Program-made: the position numbers and the translations under genes
Notes under the pieces: model-generated
The model's database searches: none
The model's input: only the letters and a program-made list of their open reading frames with translations
Told to the model about the DNA's origin: nothing
In this document: positions 1 to 14,600 of the stretch, piece after piece
Layout of the letters: every line of letters begins with the position of its first letter
How positions within the stretch are numbered: the first letter of the stretch is position 1
Source of the DNA: Takakia lepidozioides
Taxonomy: Eukaryota > Plantae > Bryophyta
Assembly (NCBI GenBank): GCA_030704615.1
Contig: CM060731.1
Span: 78,678,001 to 78,742,000 of the forward strand
Length of the DNA: 64,000 bases
Reading direction: 5' to 3'

Positions 1-230
1 TTATTTTTATCTTATCAGTGCTGTAAAAGTTGAGTTTGTAGTAACATCCAAGCTGAAAACTAACCTGTGGACTGTACTAGTGAAAATGTGGGTCTACACC
101 GTATCCTATGTTCTGGCGCCCACTGAAGTAAGTGTGCAGGTTATCCATTTCATTGCACATGAATCAAGCACGTAAAGCTCAACTTTTCTAGGCTTGAATT
201 GAGTTATAGTGGGGAAGTGTTCTGCCGCCC

Positions 231-2148
231 ACATGCTTTGAACCCGAGTAGTTGTAGACAGCTCTGGATGGAGAGTTCGTGATACTAGGCTTTCCCGTGC
301 CTGCGCTGGCAGCGCCTTGTGGACTGCAACCAGCACTGGAAATGAAATGCGTCTGCAACATGACCACCCCTTTTCCATCCCTTGATACTGTTGAAGACCG
401 ACCAAGAAAGAAGGAATCGCAAGACCGGCGCATCCAGCTTGCGCTCTGCCATCTCCCTCCCCGATTATTCGCACATGGCAGGATTTTTCAAGGATTTTTA
501 GGGTTTCTATGTACAGACGTACAGACCACAAAACAAAAAGCACGGCTGGAAATAGTAAAAGGGAAGTGGATGGCGAGCAAAGAAGGTTCGAGTATCAGAA
601 TAGCAAAAGCAAGAGCGAGGCTTTCTTTTGATAGCACAGGAATGATACCAACAATAGTCGGGCTCATGGGTATGAATTCTCATAGGCTGACTCTTTCTTT
701 ACGTTCGTAGAGAAGTTCTGCTTACGAGAAGTAAGCTCACTCCTTTTCTTTTGAAAATTCTTCATTCGGGGCAAGGAACACTTGCGGGGCTTCACTGGTT
801 CATACCTTACCCTACACGTCTCTTGTCCCAAGCTCTGTGTTACGATCACAAGAACACATTAGAGAGGTTTTGTGGGTGGGCAATATGGAGGAGGAGATCT
901 GGAGCAGGCTTCCTTTGGAGTTAGTGATGGTAGTGTTGGCCTGTTTGCCATATCCAAGTCTTGCCCGCTTTAAGTCGGTTTGCAAGTTGTGGAACTCCCT
1001 CCCATCCACTGCTTCTTTCCAACAACTCTGTCAGCACCTCCCTCTTCACCAAGACTCCTATGTCTTGTCTTTAGGCAAATACTGCAAGGATGGATACTAC
1101 CACGATTGTTGTACGTGGTATGCGCCCACAACTCGACGGTGGCAGAAGATCGACCTCAAATTCCCCCAGGATAATATACGTCGCCCAGTTCGTGCTGCAG
1201 ATGGAGGCTTATCTTGCATGTTGATGGACAAGGACTTATTGATTGTGTACAATCCTCTGTTGAACACTTCCACACAATTGCCTGCCCTGCCTCACGACAA
1301 TTCAGAATATGTGGAGATGGTGAATATGATTGTGGATAGATGCAGCAACACCTACAAGGTCCTTGTGATATCATACAATTACGCCGAACCACGACTACGT
1401 TGGAGAACGCACATCTATGACTCAACATGCGAGTGTTGGACCGAGACTGGAAAGATGCCCTCAAGAACCTTGCAGGATTGTTTAGGAAGTGTGATATGCG
1501 GCCCTACTCTCTTTGCTCTATTTGACATACTTGAGAATGAGAAAGACAACATTGTGATGGCTTGTGACATTGGCACGGGTGTGTGGACTAAAGTTGCTGC
1601 ACGGATGCCTGACGACTTTGGTGGACGTGGTTGGAATTGTCGACTTGTAGAGAGTGAGGGGCGCCTGTTGATGGTTGGGCCGCCTCGCGATCAAATGCAC
1701 GTCTCACCAACAATTTGTGTGTGGACCACACCCAATGAAGTTGTGATGTATGACACGAAGCAACACACATGGACGTCCACTGGATTTCCACCTGAATTAC
1801 GAAGAGGGACCATGGGACACCTGTACACTGTGGGTTGGGTTGGCGGTCTTAGTTTAGGTGCAAAAGTCTAGACAATCTGTTTTTTTGTTTTAGAACATGT
1901 TCCAATTCCATCAGAGTGCAAGAGACCGGGAGACTTGTATGGCTTCTCTTTCCCTTCCCTTGTTGGGCTCCCATGAGCCATGTGTGCCCGTGTTTACTTT
2001 GAAAGAGATTAATTTTTCAAAAGTTGTGGTGGGGCAAGATTAGAATATGCTGCATGCATATTGATGTGATGAAGTTGGTTGTCCCTTTATGTGCTCATAA
2101 CTCTTGAAAGCCTCCTAACCAGTACCCAACATTAGTATACTGGCATCA
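231..2148 (+). repeat. Left arm of a ~1.9 kb inverted segmental duplication (F-box locus with upstream and downstream flanks)
   Basis: Reverse complement of 61947-63819 matches 231-2148 closely (e.g. acatgctttgaacccgagtagttgtagac; attagtatactggcatca). Confidence 0.9.
885..1871 (+). CDS. F-box protein with kelch/FBA-type beta-propeller C-terminus (intronless); carries an in-frame internal deletion relative to its paralog
   Basis: ATG at 885: MEEEIWSRLPLELVMVVLACLPYPSLARFKSVCKLWN is a typical plant F-box motif, followed by AADGGL, VYNPL, YKVLV, IYDS..W and LVESEGRLLMV motifs typical of plant F-box/kelch proteins. Confidence 0.85.
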   Translation: MEEEIWSRLPLELVMVVLACLPYPSLARFKSVCKLWNSLPSTASFQQLCQHLPLHQDSYVLSLGKYCKDGYYHDCCTWYAPTTRRWQKIDLKFPQDNIRRPVRAADGGLSCMLMDKDLLIVYNPLLNTSTQLPALPHDNSEYVEMVNMIVDRCSNTYKVLVISYNYAEPRLRWRTHIYDSTCECWTETGKMPSRTLQDCLGSVICGPTLFALFDILENEKDNIVMACDIGTGVWTKVAARMPDDFGGRGWNCRLVESEGRLLMVGPPRDQMHVSPTICVWTTPNEVVMYDTKQHTWTSTGFPPELRRGTMGHLYTVGWVGGLSLGAKV

Positions 2149-5100
2149 TTGCACTCTATCCAACTACATCTCGTTTAGTCATTCTGTCCAACACTTCTTT
2201 CACACTTCCACAATGTCTCATTAGCAATTCACCAAGGAGCTTTGAACCATGGAGAATCTATGTGTAGTACCCTTGCCATCTCTCCTGAAAGAAGGACAAA
2301 AGACGTGGAACAACAATAGAAATGCTTGAATGCAGCATAAATTTAGTGGAGCCTTAGCAATGAGCTGGTTTTCCTCTTAGCCCATGTGTGTGCTTGTACC
2401 TGAAAGGAAACTACATCAAGGAACCGTGCATTAGGTTAGCTTATGGAACACAACGAAAGGTTAGATGAGGTTGGTTTTCTATGATCACCATGGAGCTTGG
2501 GTACACAAGTCTAAGAATGTACAATGACAGTTGATGTAGGCTTGAACATAATTTTCAGCACAATCGGTTCCCTGTTAGATATGCCTCCCTACAATTCCGA
2601 GAACAAACCACAAAGCCAAGAATTTTCAGCAAAGTGAATGACAGATACCTTCTCTTGCCTCTGCCACAGGGTTCAACAACTAGTCATGCACTCAAGCCAT
2701 TGGAGTAGACACGCCCGTGATGGAGGTGCATGCTTTCCATGAAAAGGCTTACAGAAGTGTTTGGATGTTACTTCAGCACTACAAATTCGCCCTCTTCCTT
2801 TTGTCTGTCCAACATGGGCCTGGGGTCTGCCACCACACTGAGAAAAGCAGGATCGCAAGAACCAGGGGAACCAGGACAGTAACAGTGGTGGAGGTTATGA
2901 TAACTTAATGAAGGCACAGAAGACTTCCTGAACACAACTGGCATGAACAATTATGCCATTCAAGCGAAGGAGATAAACGCTAGTTTTTTGCACAGTTTGA
3001 ATTACCAATGAATACCTCCAGATCTCCTAACCACATCGGATCAAGTACCAGAAGATTGCTGTACATAGTCTAGTTCATCTTCCTTTCTAGATGAATTGCT
3101 CATTTGTATGTGCATATCCATTCTCTTAATTCAACTGTGTGGGGCCCGGGGGCTGCAACTGAGTGGATAAAGGGGAGACAAATGGAAGAAGTAAGAACAG
3201 GTACTGTGAATCTCACATTCCAGGATATGGAATCCATCCCAAGGTTTCTGTTCTGTCCATAGGTTAGAACATACTGTATCCATGTTTGAGGCCATCCTCA
3301 CCAGCAATGAATGAGGTTTGATAAATTACACATCACACAGTAAAATTGTGGATCAATTCAAAGTTTTATTGAAGGTTCACAGTTCTGCACTCGTTTCACG
3401 AAGTGCAGGAAAGACTGTGAATTCTCGAAACACTTCAAACTTCTTTTCGCATAATCGTCCTGGCTTTGTGGATATTCCTTTGTATCCTTGTATACAGGCG
3501 AAGGCTTCCTTGAGCAACCTGTCGCATACGGTGGACCTCCAAATCAATGTAAAAAATGCAAAGGATTTGGGCACCTTGCGCTCAGACGAGTAAAGGATCT
3601 TTGACAATGCCCACAAAATCCTCAGATCAGCAGGGCTTTTGTGAAGATCCTCTCTCACATCCAACGCTTGAATCTCCATCAACTCAACATGGGTTACAGG
3701 AAGATCCTGGCATTTGGCAACCAACACCTGAAGCTCCTCCAAGCCGTTTGTCTGGAACAATGGAAAGAGACGGCAATGAGATGAATATTTGGGAATTTGA
3801 GGCAGGTTGGAGTTAAGTCATGTTCAGAAAACTTTCTTGAGCATGGGAGGCTTCACAAGTCCCTCCGCCCCCTATAGCTATTAGTTCTATAATGCCACCT
3901 CCTCGCCGCCCCAAACGCACTGCATGACTGGAGACCTGCCAAATGGATTATGGTCAGCCTTAGGAATCCCTAACTGCCCTGCAATTTCTAGGTGAAGACA
4001 AGGACCGTTTTTCATGTACATAGGCAAGCATCCATGACATACAGCTGCCTGAAGGAGTAGGAACAAAGAGGGACAGTGGACATCGGCAATCTACTGCTAG
4101 CAAACTCTAAATGAGTGGAGAAGAGAGAGCTTTTCTCAGAAGTTGCTGAGATTGACCAATGGGTTTCTGCCTCTAGTCTGGTTCAAATCGTGATAGTTTG
4201 GTAGTTTGATCGAAAAAACATGGAGATGTTTAAAAGAGTACATCCAGCATCCCTACCCAAGTCCAATCAATGTAGATTGAGTGCAGGAGAGCGGCACTCG
4301 TCAAATACCCATGTCCTTCGTCTTGAATGCAACCAGTGGTAGGGATACTGTCAACTGGAAAGATATTTGCAACTTCTTGGTAAACTATCTGTCCAATTAC
4401 CAACAGAGGATGAGGCAATGGCAGCCCGCATTGAAAGGTCTGAAGCAGGAAGCAACCATTGTGCCAGTAGCTTCCACCCACCCTTATCTGGAGCTCCTTA
4501 CATCCCCGCAAGCTGGAGCTCCCACCAATCCCGTTCCTACATTCGGATCATCCTTATCAAAGGATCCAACATTGTGAAGGCTGTTAAAATGCTCCACTAC
4601 CTTCTCGTGAATGCTTGATGAAACTACTTGCCTTGTTGAGCATCTATAATGGCCCTCGAAGGTTCCGTAGGTACAATCGACAGAGTGATCATAACTCATT
4701 CAAACAAAATTGTCAGTGTGTGTGACAAAACTTCTATCACCTCTGACATGAAATCTGGAAGACATCAAGCAAAGACAAACATCCAACTCAAGTTTTATTG
4801 GAATCTGGAGATCATGTAGTTGATTTGATATGCTCGTGAAGAACTCAGCTGTAACCTCTTGAGAAAACTGAACACCATCTAACGTGAAGCTCCAAGCTTG
4901 ACAGACACACCAAGTCAAGATCCTACTACCCAGCTAAAATCCTTGGCAACCCAATGCCTTCAACACCACACACTACAGAGGTACTACGGAGTTTGGCCAA
5001 TGATTTCTGCCGAGAAATATACAAGCCCGGGAAGAAGATTTTCTGATTATTCCACTCCCTATGCCTGTCGGTTTGAAGTCACCAACAGACCTGCTGTTTC

Positions 5101-7289
5101 AAAAATGGAATGAAAATCCACCACAAATGGATGTGGAGTTCGACAGTATCGTTTTACCTTGGTTGTGGTGTGTCTCAGTGACATTGCAAAGCACCTTTAA
5201 CTTCCGCATGTGAACCTACAGTGCAGCATGCTTGCCGAAGATGCAATTAATGCAGCTGTGAAAGCTACTTAGAATTGGCTGATGTAATAGCACAGTTACG
5301 TGCAGAGGTTCAAATTGGGTGGAAAATATGTTTAAACAACCCCTTTGGAGCACCAGGCCCTGACAAATGTCACTCAGGCCAAGAGGAAAGAAGGGTCCAA
5401 ATGTCCAAACCCCATGATGGAATTGCTGCAGCAGCAGCCTGAATCTGCAACTTCCCAGAGTTTATGTAGATTTGCTAGACGGCATACCTCTCATGCAGAG
5501 AAAATAGAAAATAACAACAAAAGTGAAGAACCATTTGTGGGATTTAGCCTTCGTAGTTGTTTGAGAGAAGGAAATTTTTATCTAGACATTAGCTACGGGT
5601 CACAGTCACACCCATCAGTGGTTGTCATCGCACTTTCGTCAAAAGGGTTTCAATCTCTTACCCTGATCAACTGCTGTTCTAGTGCTCATTCCTCAAGAGA
5701 CATGATGGCGATAGTGGCCACGCGGGCTGCGGAGCGAAATTGCCGATGTCCTCATGTGTAATACCAACGCCCAACGTCCACCGAAGACCTACCCTTCTTC
5801 GACTTTGAGACGGGGTTACATGCTGAAGTCCAGTTTAAATGCCCACTAGTGCATTGAGCTGTACATATGCAAGGTGCATTGGATGCCGTGCATAACATGT
5901 GTGAGTTGTCCAAAGCTTCAAGATTTCCTTTTCTCCAAAGCTGCCGTTGAAGTGACACAAGAAGCATCGATTATGATGGTGTGATTCAACTCAACCATTT
6001 TTGGTATGGACGAGATTCACTTAAAACGGGATTGCTCGACGTAAGCCATACCTTGTCCAATTGTTCGGTCGCTTTCGTCGACGGTCGAGAACGGGCTTTA
6101 CATAGGACAAATTTCTTTAGTTCAAAGACTGCTTTTCTCCAAAGTTACAAGTCCCCCTTGCGCGCGTGAAATCTCGTCAGACGACATGCTGGGTAAGTCG
6201 ACAGAATCTGGATTTGTAGAGAGGAGGTTGGGGTAGCGCGTGAGAGCACAAGGGCATATTCCCCGATTTTCTCCGTGAAATTTCCACAGCGAAACGAACT
6301 TGGCGAAACTAAACATTATGCGAAACTAACACATAGAACAAGTAGCCCATATACCTGATGAACATATTTTACCTATAGGCGTGGCTTTTTCTCAATATCA
6401 GAGTGTTTGGTGAGACTTCACCTCAAATTGCAGGTCCTCGCCCATAGCTAATTTCTCACAAGGAAACTTTGTACCAACCAGCTTGAATTGGATGTGGGAT
6501 TGTTGGGTGATGGGATTTCGTATAGAAAGTTTCGACTCAAGCTGTACCAGTAAGGGTTTCTCAATGCGAAACCCACCGCTGCATAGGTTTGTGGCCATAT
6601 CACTAAGTCTTTCTCAATGCGAAACTCGTAGCTGCCGCTGTAGTTTCAGGGTTTTTGGCTACGCTACTAAAGTTTTCGCCTTTCTGAATTGGTGCAGATG
6701 TATCATATATATGTCCCCATCCTCTATACCCGCTTATGGTTTTTTCCGTTCTGGAAACATATAACTCCTATGACCGAGGTTAAAAAGACATAAAAACTCC
6801 CATGACCCTCCTCGCGATACCAACCCCCCTAGAGAGCATGTCATGATGACTCTATGATCAGATCATAGCCCCTGTAAATTTACAGTTCTACGATGGCATT
6901 TAGCAGCCAGTAATGATCGAAGGTCCATGGGAGATGTTTTTGACGATCAGAATGTGATCAAACCATGAGTAATAGAGTAGGAGATGAATATCTGAGTACC
7001 TTGAGTAGGCCAGTAAAATGAAGTGTGGCCAAATTATTTGGTGTTTATCATGGAAGGGTTACGAGCAGCAAGTTAACGTTGCAATGGTGATTTAGGGAGA
7101 GAGGAGCCCGGCCGCGGGTGTGCTCACCTGGGCAGCCTGTAAATTACTCATTTAACGATGGCATATAGTAGGCCAGTGAAAATCGAGTGTGTTACAAGCA
7201 GTTGAATATCGTCAGTAAATGATATGGCTAAGTGTAAACCGCGTGGTCGCAACCCTTTGTTTCGAGAGACAAGAGGAGTTGAGACTTTG

Positions 7290-7935
7290 AGACACCAAGC
7301 GGCTGCCCTGTGGTGGGGGCAGCTTTGAAATTGGCCAAGTCGATGAGGGTCGTTGGTAGGGGTGTGTGTGTCGATCCTTTGGCTTAAGGGTTAAGGGCAA
7401 GGCGTTGGGACACAACAGGGGCTGCCTTGGTGGTGGGGGCAATGGTAGCAAAGGGAGTGGGGCTGAACGATACTTGAGTGCCTAAGGCACTCAAGGGGGC
7501 ATAGGCACTCAGTGGGCGGGGCCCCCAAACGGTGGGCGGTGGGGACTCCGAGTGGGCTGGTCATGGGGTAATGGCTGCTTAGAGTGGGTGGGGGAACTCA
7601 CAAGGGGGCTGGAAATCCTCATTGACTGAAGGTAGTCAGGAATAGCTCCCCACACTTTGTCGCTTTCGGGCTTGTTCTCTTGCTTCACTAGCTTTTGGTC
7701 ACTTGACAGGTTCGGACCCTTCTCAGGTCACTATCCCCCATATATACTTTTTGTGATTGTCGCCCGGGGGGGGGGGGGGGGGGTGGTCTCACAAGCAAGC
7801 CATGTCTCTTTTGTGCACCACCACCGTGTCGCTACACTCCTTGTGATGAGTCGCAATGAGCCTCATCAGCCCACTCCCCGCGGCTCCATTGGCCCGCAGG
7901 GAGTCCCCAGATTCCCCCACGACTTCCACATACTC
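7290..7935. mobile_element. Diverged, internally inverted remnant of an LTR related to the Gypsy LTR at 27158/32122
   Basis: 7337-7600 resembles the PPT and LTR start (gttggtaggggtgtg-tgtcg; cttgagtgcctaaggcactca) in + orientation. ~7605-7935 resembles the LTR middle in - orientation (gtcgctttc..cactag..tatatactt; cccacgact). Confidence 0.65.
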
Positions 7936-8683
7936 TCGCTAGGAGGTCTTGGCATGCCGCACTCTGGCAGTGAATGTGGAATGGTGTACATTAATACGCC
8001 AGTGAAGGAAGATTCTGGAATTGCAGTTACGGAGAATTGCTTGTTGTCTTCTGGAGTAGCACTGGCAGTGTGGAATCATGGTGCTTATAGCAGTTAACTG
8101 CACGAGTGATGCCAATTGAATAGTCCACGCATGTTTTTATTTGTCACAACCATCAAGTGCAGAGACCTCAAGATATTTGATCAAGATTGATAGGCACTGA
8201 CAGGGCTCTGTTTTCCCTCAAGTGAGCAAGATTCTTGCTGTTGCTATTCCTCTTTTCTTCTCTCCTTTTCGTCCTAGGGGATGGAACCAGGTGCTGAAAT
8301 GTGCATGCCACTGTACTTCAAGGTCCGCATGATATGGACTTGAACCTTTACAAATTTCTGATGATTTCACTGGGCAATGAAATTATACAAAATCTTCCCC
8401 AACTTTTTTCACATGTTCCGTGCCAATCCTGCCTTCCCCAACAATATCAATTGGTCTGTGTAATTGGGACACTCACTTGGATGTGCAATAACTCGGTAAA
8501 CATATGCAGTATCTCTCTTATAAGTATACAATGAGGCATATGAGGACAAGGATCTGCCTATAGGATGGTTGACTAGAGAATTGAGTTCATCCAACCTTGT
8601 GGTCAAACCGCAGTTCTTGGGAAGATCAAGAAAGGTGGGTGTAACAGATGGTCAATCAGGATGACAGACTTGCAGTCATTTTC

Positions 8684-11600
8684 TCAGGATTTTAGCATGA
8701 TGAACTGGTCCGCCACTGCTCCACTTGCTGACAAAATGAACTGCAGACACAAGGCAGTTGTTTAGAACTTTTTGTGGGATGTAGGAGGACCACAGGTGAG
8801 TATGTGTGTACCATGGCAGCATACAGATCAAAGGACCCCCTTCTGTATAGAAAACACCTACCTTAACAGCGAGCTGTGTCCTGCTTGCTTGGATTTTAGT
8901 GTACCCAAACTCGGAAATTTGAACTTTGCTCCAGGCTGAGGGCTGCAGCACAATATCAGACCCAGTACAATGTCAGACCAAACTTGTCGATGGTCAATGG
9001 GATCCTGAACAGTACTGCAACATTTGAAGAAAGAACCATGTTATTTCCTCTCTACAGAAGGACTGGGTGTTCTTGATATCGACCGAATATGCACCGCACG
9101 GTACCTTCAAGGAGAGAAGGGTTGAAGAAGTTTGCAACTCACAGATTGCTTAAAGGCGTTGAGATCAAAGCCCGCTGTTCCAGTCACTAAATGCACAGGT
9201 GCACGATAACCATTGCCATTATATGTATCAATCCCAAGACTGTCTTTGGAAGGGTCCAGAAGACAAGTGCTCTGATTTACAGCACATGTGCGCTCATAGT
9301 TGTGAGCATGGCCCCACATAGCCAGATCAACCTGCACAGGACACAGCATTGTTGCACAACATGGGCAGAGGGATTAAACAACATTTGCTTTTGGCGATGT
9401 CGATGATAGGCATGCATTGCTACTGAGCAGCCATAATTCTCTGGCATATGTGCTTGGGGTTTTGGTACTGACCTGACTGGCAAGGAGGAGGGGCTCCAGT
9501 GCAGGACGAAAATCAGGATTAACAGTAGGCAAAACACCTCCAATCAAGTCTTCCTGAATTGATGAATACATTGGCCGGTGCCTGCACCTCATACCTGTAT
9601 GTAAGTTTTTGGCCTATCTGATAGCTACCATTGATTTTTAGTGTATCATACTACTAGCTTTCTATCACTGTCAGAATACTATCTGGAGAAGTGAGGCAAG
9701 TATTACTAATGGACACACGTCATTCCCTGTGGATGGGAGAATGGGACAGCACCTCTGTCTAGAGGGTGCGTATGCACCTCCTCTTTCTGGCTGGGGTCGT
9801 GGGGAGAGATTGTACTCATAAGACGTTGTTTGCCGTAGCCTTGTGGCCATTGACCCTGCGCCCAGTTTGAGCGGGAACAAAAGGGACAGAACCTACCTCT
9901 GTCAGGGGCTGACGTTGGTAGGAAGACTTACCTCCATATAAAGAATTAATCCGGGTTTTCCAGATATCCTCTAGAAATCCCTTCACACAAGCATCAATCT
10001 GCTGTGTGTGATTTGCCCAAAAACTAGGCCTGGGCTTTTGGCTCAGCCTCGAGACTTTCAAAGTTGGTAAACAGGGGTACAGGCACAATTCCCTTGATAG
10101 AATTGAAGAGAGCGTCTCTTTGGTGAGAGAACCCCGGACAGTGTATCAGAAAATGAATACTGTCTTCAGATTGCCCACACAACGGGCAATTGCACTCTCC
10201 CTTTCCTCTCTGCTTCTGTTTGCTGTTCAAAGGTAGGCTTCCTGCCCTGAGTTTAAATTTCAGTCTAGTGCCAAGAGTGGGTAGACCCTTGAGGTCATCC
10301 AAGATGTCCTCCCCCATGTCACAGACTGGAAACAAGTTCAGGGAAGTTTTCTGCCTAACTTCATTTTCATCAGACAATCTCATGGCAACAGACATGGCTG
10401 AGGACACTACAGCCTCTAAGTCAGATTTATCCAGCAGGGTCAAGACTTGCGGATCCAGGTCCAGGTCCTTGAGGATCTCTTCTTCTCTCTTCTGCCAGGA
10501 CTTAGCCTGTTTCACAGGGCGGTCCTGTTTCCAAGATATAGAGTCGATTAACTTAGGATATCTGGTGTTGGGCATATGTTGCAGCTGACCCCACCATCTG
10601 ACCTTGAATTCATCTCGTCGGGAGCTTAAGGACGGAACGCCAAACTCACCCCGAACAGCCACATTGGCTGTTTTGGAGCATGCTGACATACACTCCTTAA
10701 GCACCCCCACTTGAATGGATTCTAGAGACTTAGCCTGGTTGGTCGTGGGGAGAGAGAGAAATGGGAAGAGTGGGCAGCACTAAGAGTGACAACAGGGAAG
10801 TAAACAACAAACAATGCTTGTGATCAAGGTGAGATTTGGTACATACCCAGCTATTATGAGCCATGGTGTCCGTGTGCGGTCCACAGAAGCAAAGTCACTA
10901 ATGATCCACTGGTACTGCATTTGATAACACATATCTCTTCAATAGACTAAAATACAGATGTCGAAACCATCAATTGAAGTGAGACACCTTGGTTGCCTGA
11001 ATTTGTGATTCACAATGTTGATCTATGAACTTCAAAAGCATAGAAAACAGATTGTCTACTAGGTGATATACAGTTTTGATCATAACCTGCTCACTGCCGC
11101 CAGTCCATGCATGTTCGGTGGACATTACAGTGAAATGCACTGGCCCGTGCTCAATTGAATACCATGGCTTGTCCTTCTTTCTCAGGGGCATCTGAAAGTA
11201 AGCTTCATAGGGCACCCCACACTCTCCTCCAGAATCTGGAGAATCATAAAGACTGCCAGACTTTGGAAAATCCCTGCTATCCACAAGAAGGCAACAATCA
11301 GTTGCTATGACAAATTTCCTCAGTTCTTGTCTCTATTTTCGTCTTGCACTCTCTCTTTTTCCTTCTTACACACCCAGAGTTGACTGTTGCTTTACTACTT
11401 GCTCGTAACTTAGCAGGGTTGATCCCCTGGCACTCTTGATTTGGCAAACCAGTTCCCGTTATTCAAGCCCTTGCTTGAATGATTCGCCTCCTGGCCATTT
11501 GAATATTTTACAAGGAGTACAGGTGTACTCCAAGAATATTCTGAATTCAGATCATGGACCGGCAAGTGGAAAATAAGCAGCAGTGATATTAATACACTAC

Positions 11601-14600
11601 AAGAGCGGCTACTCTGACATGGACAAAGTAGTACATAGTCATTTGGTTGGCCTTTCCAAGGTCAGTTTCTCTTTACTTCTGAGACTCTGTTTTAGAAACC
11701 CTGACAGGTTCAATACATCAAGAATTGCAGAGCAGGGAAATACAAAGTGGGCATACCGTTCATGATTTCCAATAGCAGTCATGTATGGCACTTGAGAGAA
11801 CACTGGTCCAGCCATTTCTAGAAAGGCATCCCACTCAACAAGAAATCCTGTGGCATAGCTGATATCGCCTTCATGCACAAGACAAACAGGTGTCAAAACT
11901 CTGTGCCCTGCATTAGTAAACACTAAAACCTCTTTACTGCCCAAGAAAGAAGCTGAAAATTTGACCTGCATGTTGATCAATGCCCAAGACTCACCTAAAA
12001 CAACAACGTGAAGGATGAAAAATCCACACAAAACTTTCCAACAAGCCCCTGAACACTGCAGATGTCAAAGAAAACCAACCTGCAGCTTTGTTTTTCCCAT
12101 TGGGTGTACACACCAGTCATCTGTCTGTAAAGTGCATACTTACCTACATGCAGTATCATGTCCACTCTTCTAGCTCTCACTTCTGCTTCAACTGCACTCA
12201 GAGTGCTCAATGCTCCTGGCTGAAGGATCATGCACATGTTCAACATTCAGCTTGGAATCAGATTATACCATCTTCGACTGAACATGTAGACCCCCAACAG
12301 ACCTCTTGTCCAAACGAGGATAAAGGTAAGTATTGACAATAAATGATCCCACACCTGAAACCCAAAAACTGGAAGAAGTTAGACTGCACTATTAAGATCA
12401 CCTAAACTTTATCGCCAGAAACTGCACCCTTTGGCCTCTGTCTCGTATGCACTGGAAATAATACATACCTGAATGAAGTGTTCAGAGCTCCCATCACGCT
12501 CCTTTTTCCCCATGTCACCATATGCAATGAAAGTAAGCTCATCAGCACCTGCTGCTGGTGGTGTGAAAAGCGTCGTCGGGTTACTCCATCCAACTGCATC
12601 ACTACCAACCCGTGATGTCCCGAGGTTAGACCTGAGTCTCCTGGACATAGCAGGGTTCCATGCACTATAAACAGCTCTTGAGACAAATGGCTCTGTTGTG
12701 AAATATGTTCATCAAATAATTTCCTTCTAGATAGGAGGATTTGGTCTAGTATTCTACCAAGGTTATTTAAAGCTCAGATATAGAGACTCAAAAACCTGCG
12801 GCCTTTCAGTAAACTCAGCAGACGGGCTTAAGGAACTTGGCAAGAACTCATAATCCTAACCTGCCATATGTGTAGGAGTAGGAGGTCGAAGGTGAAATCC
12901 CAGTCATCACAGCTGAGTGAATGAATCCGGGATCATGCCACCCAAAATCCTTCGCAGGGCTTATCAGAGAATCTGCAACCGACACCAGTTCAATGCACAT
13001 TAGTGCACTGGTCTTAGAGCAAACCATACCCGGACAACACCTTTGGTAATGCTACTGGTGTGCACATGCTTGAGCTCGCTGAAACTCCAATTAGATGCAA
13101 TTGTTTTCCTAGACAGCACTTTCACAGGCCCCTTGCTCCAATTTGCATTCAATACAATCCGAGTCCGAGATTTAGGGTAGTACTGTTCAAAGCTCTTTCT
13201 TTCTGCTTGGAATTCTAATTAGAGAGGTAAGAATTAAAATTTTCCCAATGTCCAATACCACGGAAAAAATGTCAAGTAGACAAGGTCCGACTCATAACTG
13301 TATTCTTTATGATGTTTCAGACTAATCCCAAGAGGGGGATGACACCAGGAGCTCAACCGAGCCTGCAGTACATCTCTGGTCCGCCAATCCTTTCATCTTG
13401 ATGAATAGTTCTGAGAGAAGAAGGGAAAGAGAACCCTTACCGCACATGTCAGTCTGTGCGAACGTAGAGACAACGGAACCTGCTCTAAGCCCATTTGCGT
13501 ATCGGACTTCTTGAGGTTGATTGGTGCCGCTTACCCATGTCAGTCTGATCTGCACGTATTCCATCAGTAAAGGCGTTAGTGGAGTCCGTGTTTTTCTATC
13601 TTCATTTGCAGCGTTGCTAGCTGTCCCACTCATATCTATGTTTCTAGACCCGACCGCTTGCATGAGCAGATCTGACTCCCACTCTCTGAGGAAGTGGACG
13701 CAATGAATTATTTTCTTGTTATTCTTTCCTTTGCCCCATGAGCACTCGGGACGTCATAAAGTTTCTCTCAGGACTTCTCTCTTTAGACTCTCTCTCAACG
13801 TGACCATAGGGCTATGGTGAGCAAGTAATTACCAGTAATTACGTCATGATTCATCATCATCTTCAGATTATCTTGGTTTCTTCTTTGAAATTGAGAAGCC
13901 AACAACTGGCATGTAACGATGGCTAAAGGAACATTAGGTCCACAGACCTGTACGAGCTGCACATTGTCTCTCTTCTGAAAATTCCATGAAGACAAAAAAT
14001 GGCATCTCTCCGAATTATTTGAGTCTCACTCGTCGAGAGCTTTAGAACTGTCAAAAAATTTGACGCAATTGTTACAAAGCTCATGTGCAATGGAGGCGCA
14101 GTACGTACCGAAGTAACTGCCGAGTCGATAGCAGCAAGGTGACCGTAAAGAGGTGAATTTGGATTTGCAAACTGATAAGATGGTGAAGTTTTCAAAATAC
14201 ATGGTAGTTCGAAGCCCCCTGCCAGAAACAGAAACTTGACATCCGTCCGGATGTTGATAAGTCGGAAAGTGGCAGAGCCACTGCATGTTTTAATCGAACA
14301 GCTCCCAGCAGATGTGAAGTTCTGGCATTGACTCTTTCGGCAAGAGAGGTACTCGGGGTCCACCTTCGATACAGTGGCGAACTGCAGAAAACATCGAACA
14401 TGATGATTAGTTTCCATCTTCATGAGAAGTACAGCCTCCAAACCCCTTCAGTCAACTACAGAGATCGCTTTCTAGTACCTGGATCCGGAGACAATGCTAG
14501 CGGAGTCCGATTTAAGTGATGCGGATAACATTGCGGACAGGATAAGAGATAGAAAGGAAGATTCAACCAATGTGTCACGTCGGCCTGTACTAGGGATGAT

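Noticed and set aside
106-710. Overlapping ORFs upstream of the F-box gene (mirrored at 63499-63866)
   Set aside because: Shared only because of the duplication; frames are not conserved between copies and no domain is recognisable.
3000-5200. Possible decayed LINE or other coding remnant
   Set aside because: Only weak hints (IWRS-like words, short ORFs); no diagnostic motif could be supported.
5345-7200. Short ORFs and gcgaaac / gtaggccagt repeats as a gene or MITE
   Set aside because: No recognisable protein and no TIR/TSD pair found.
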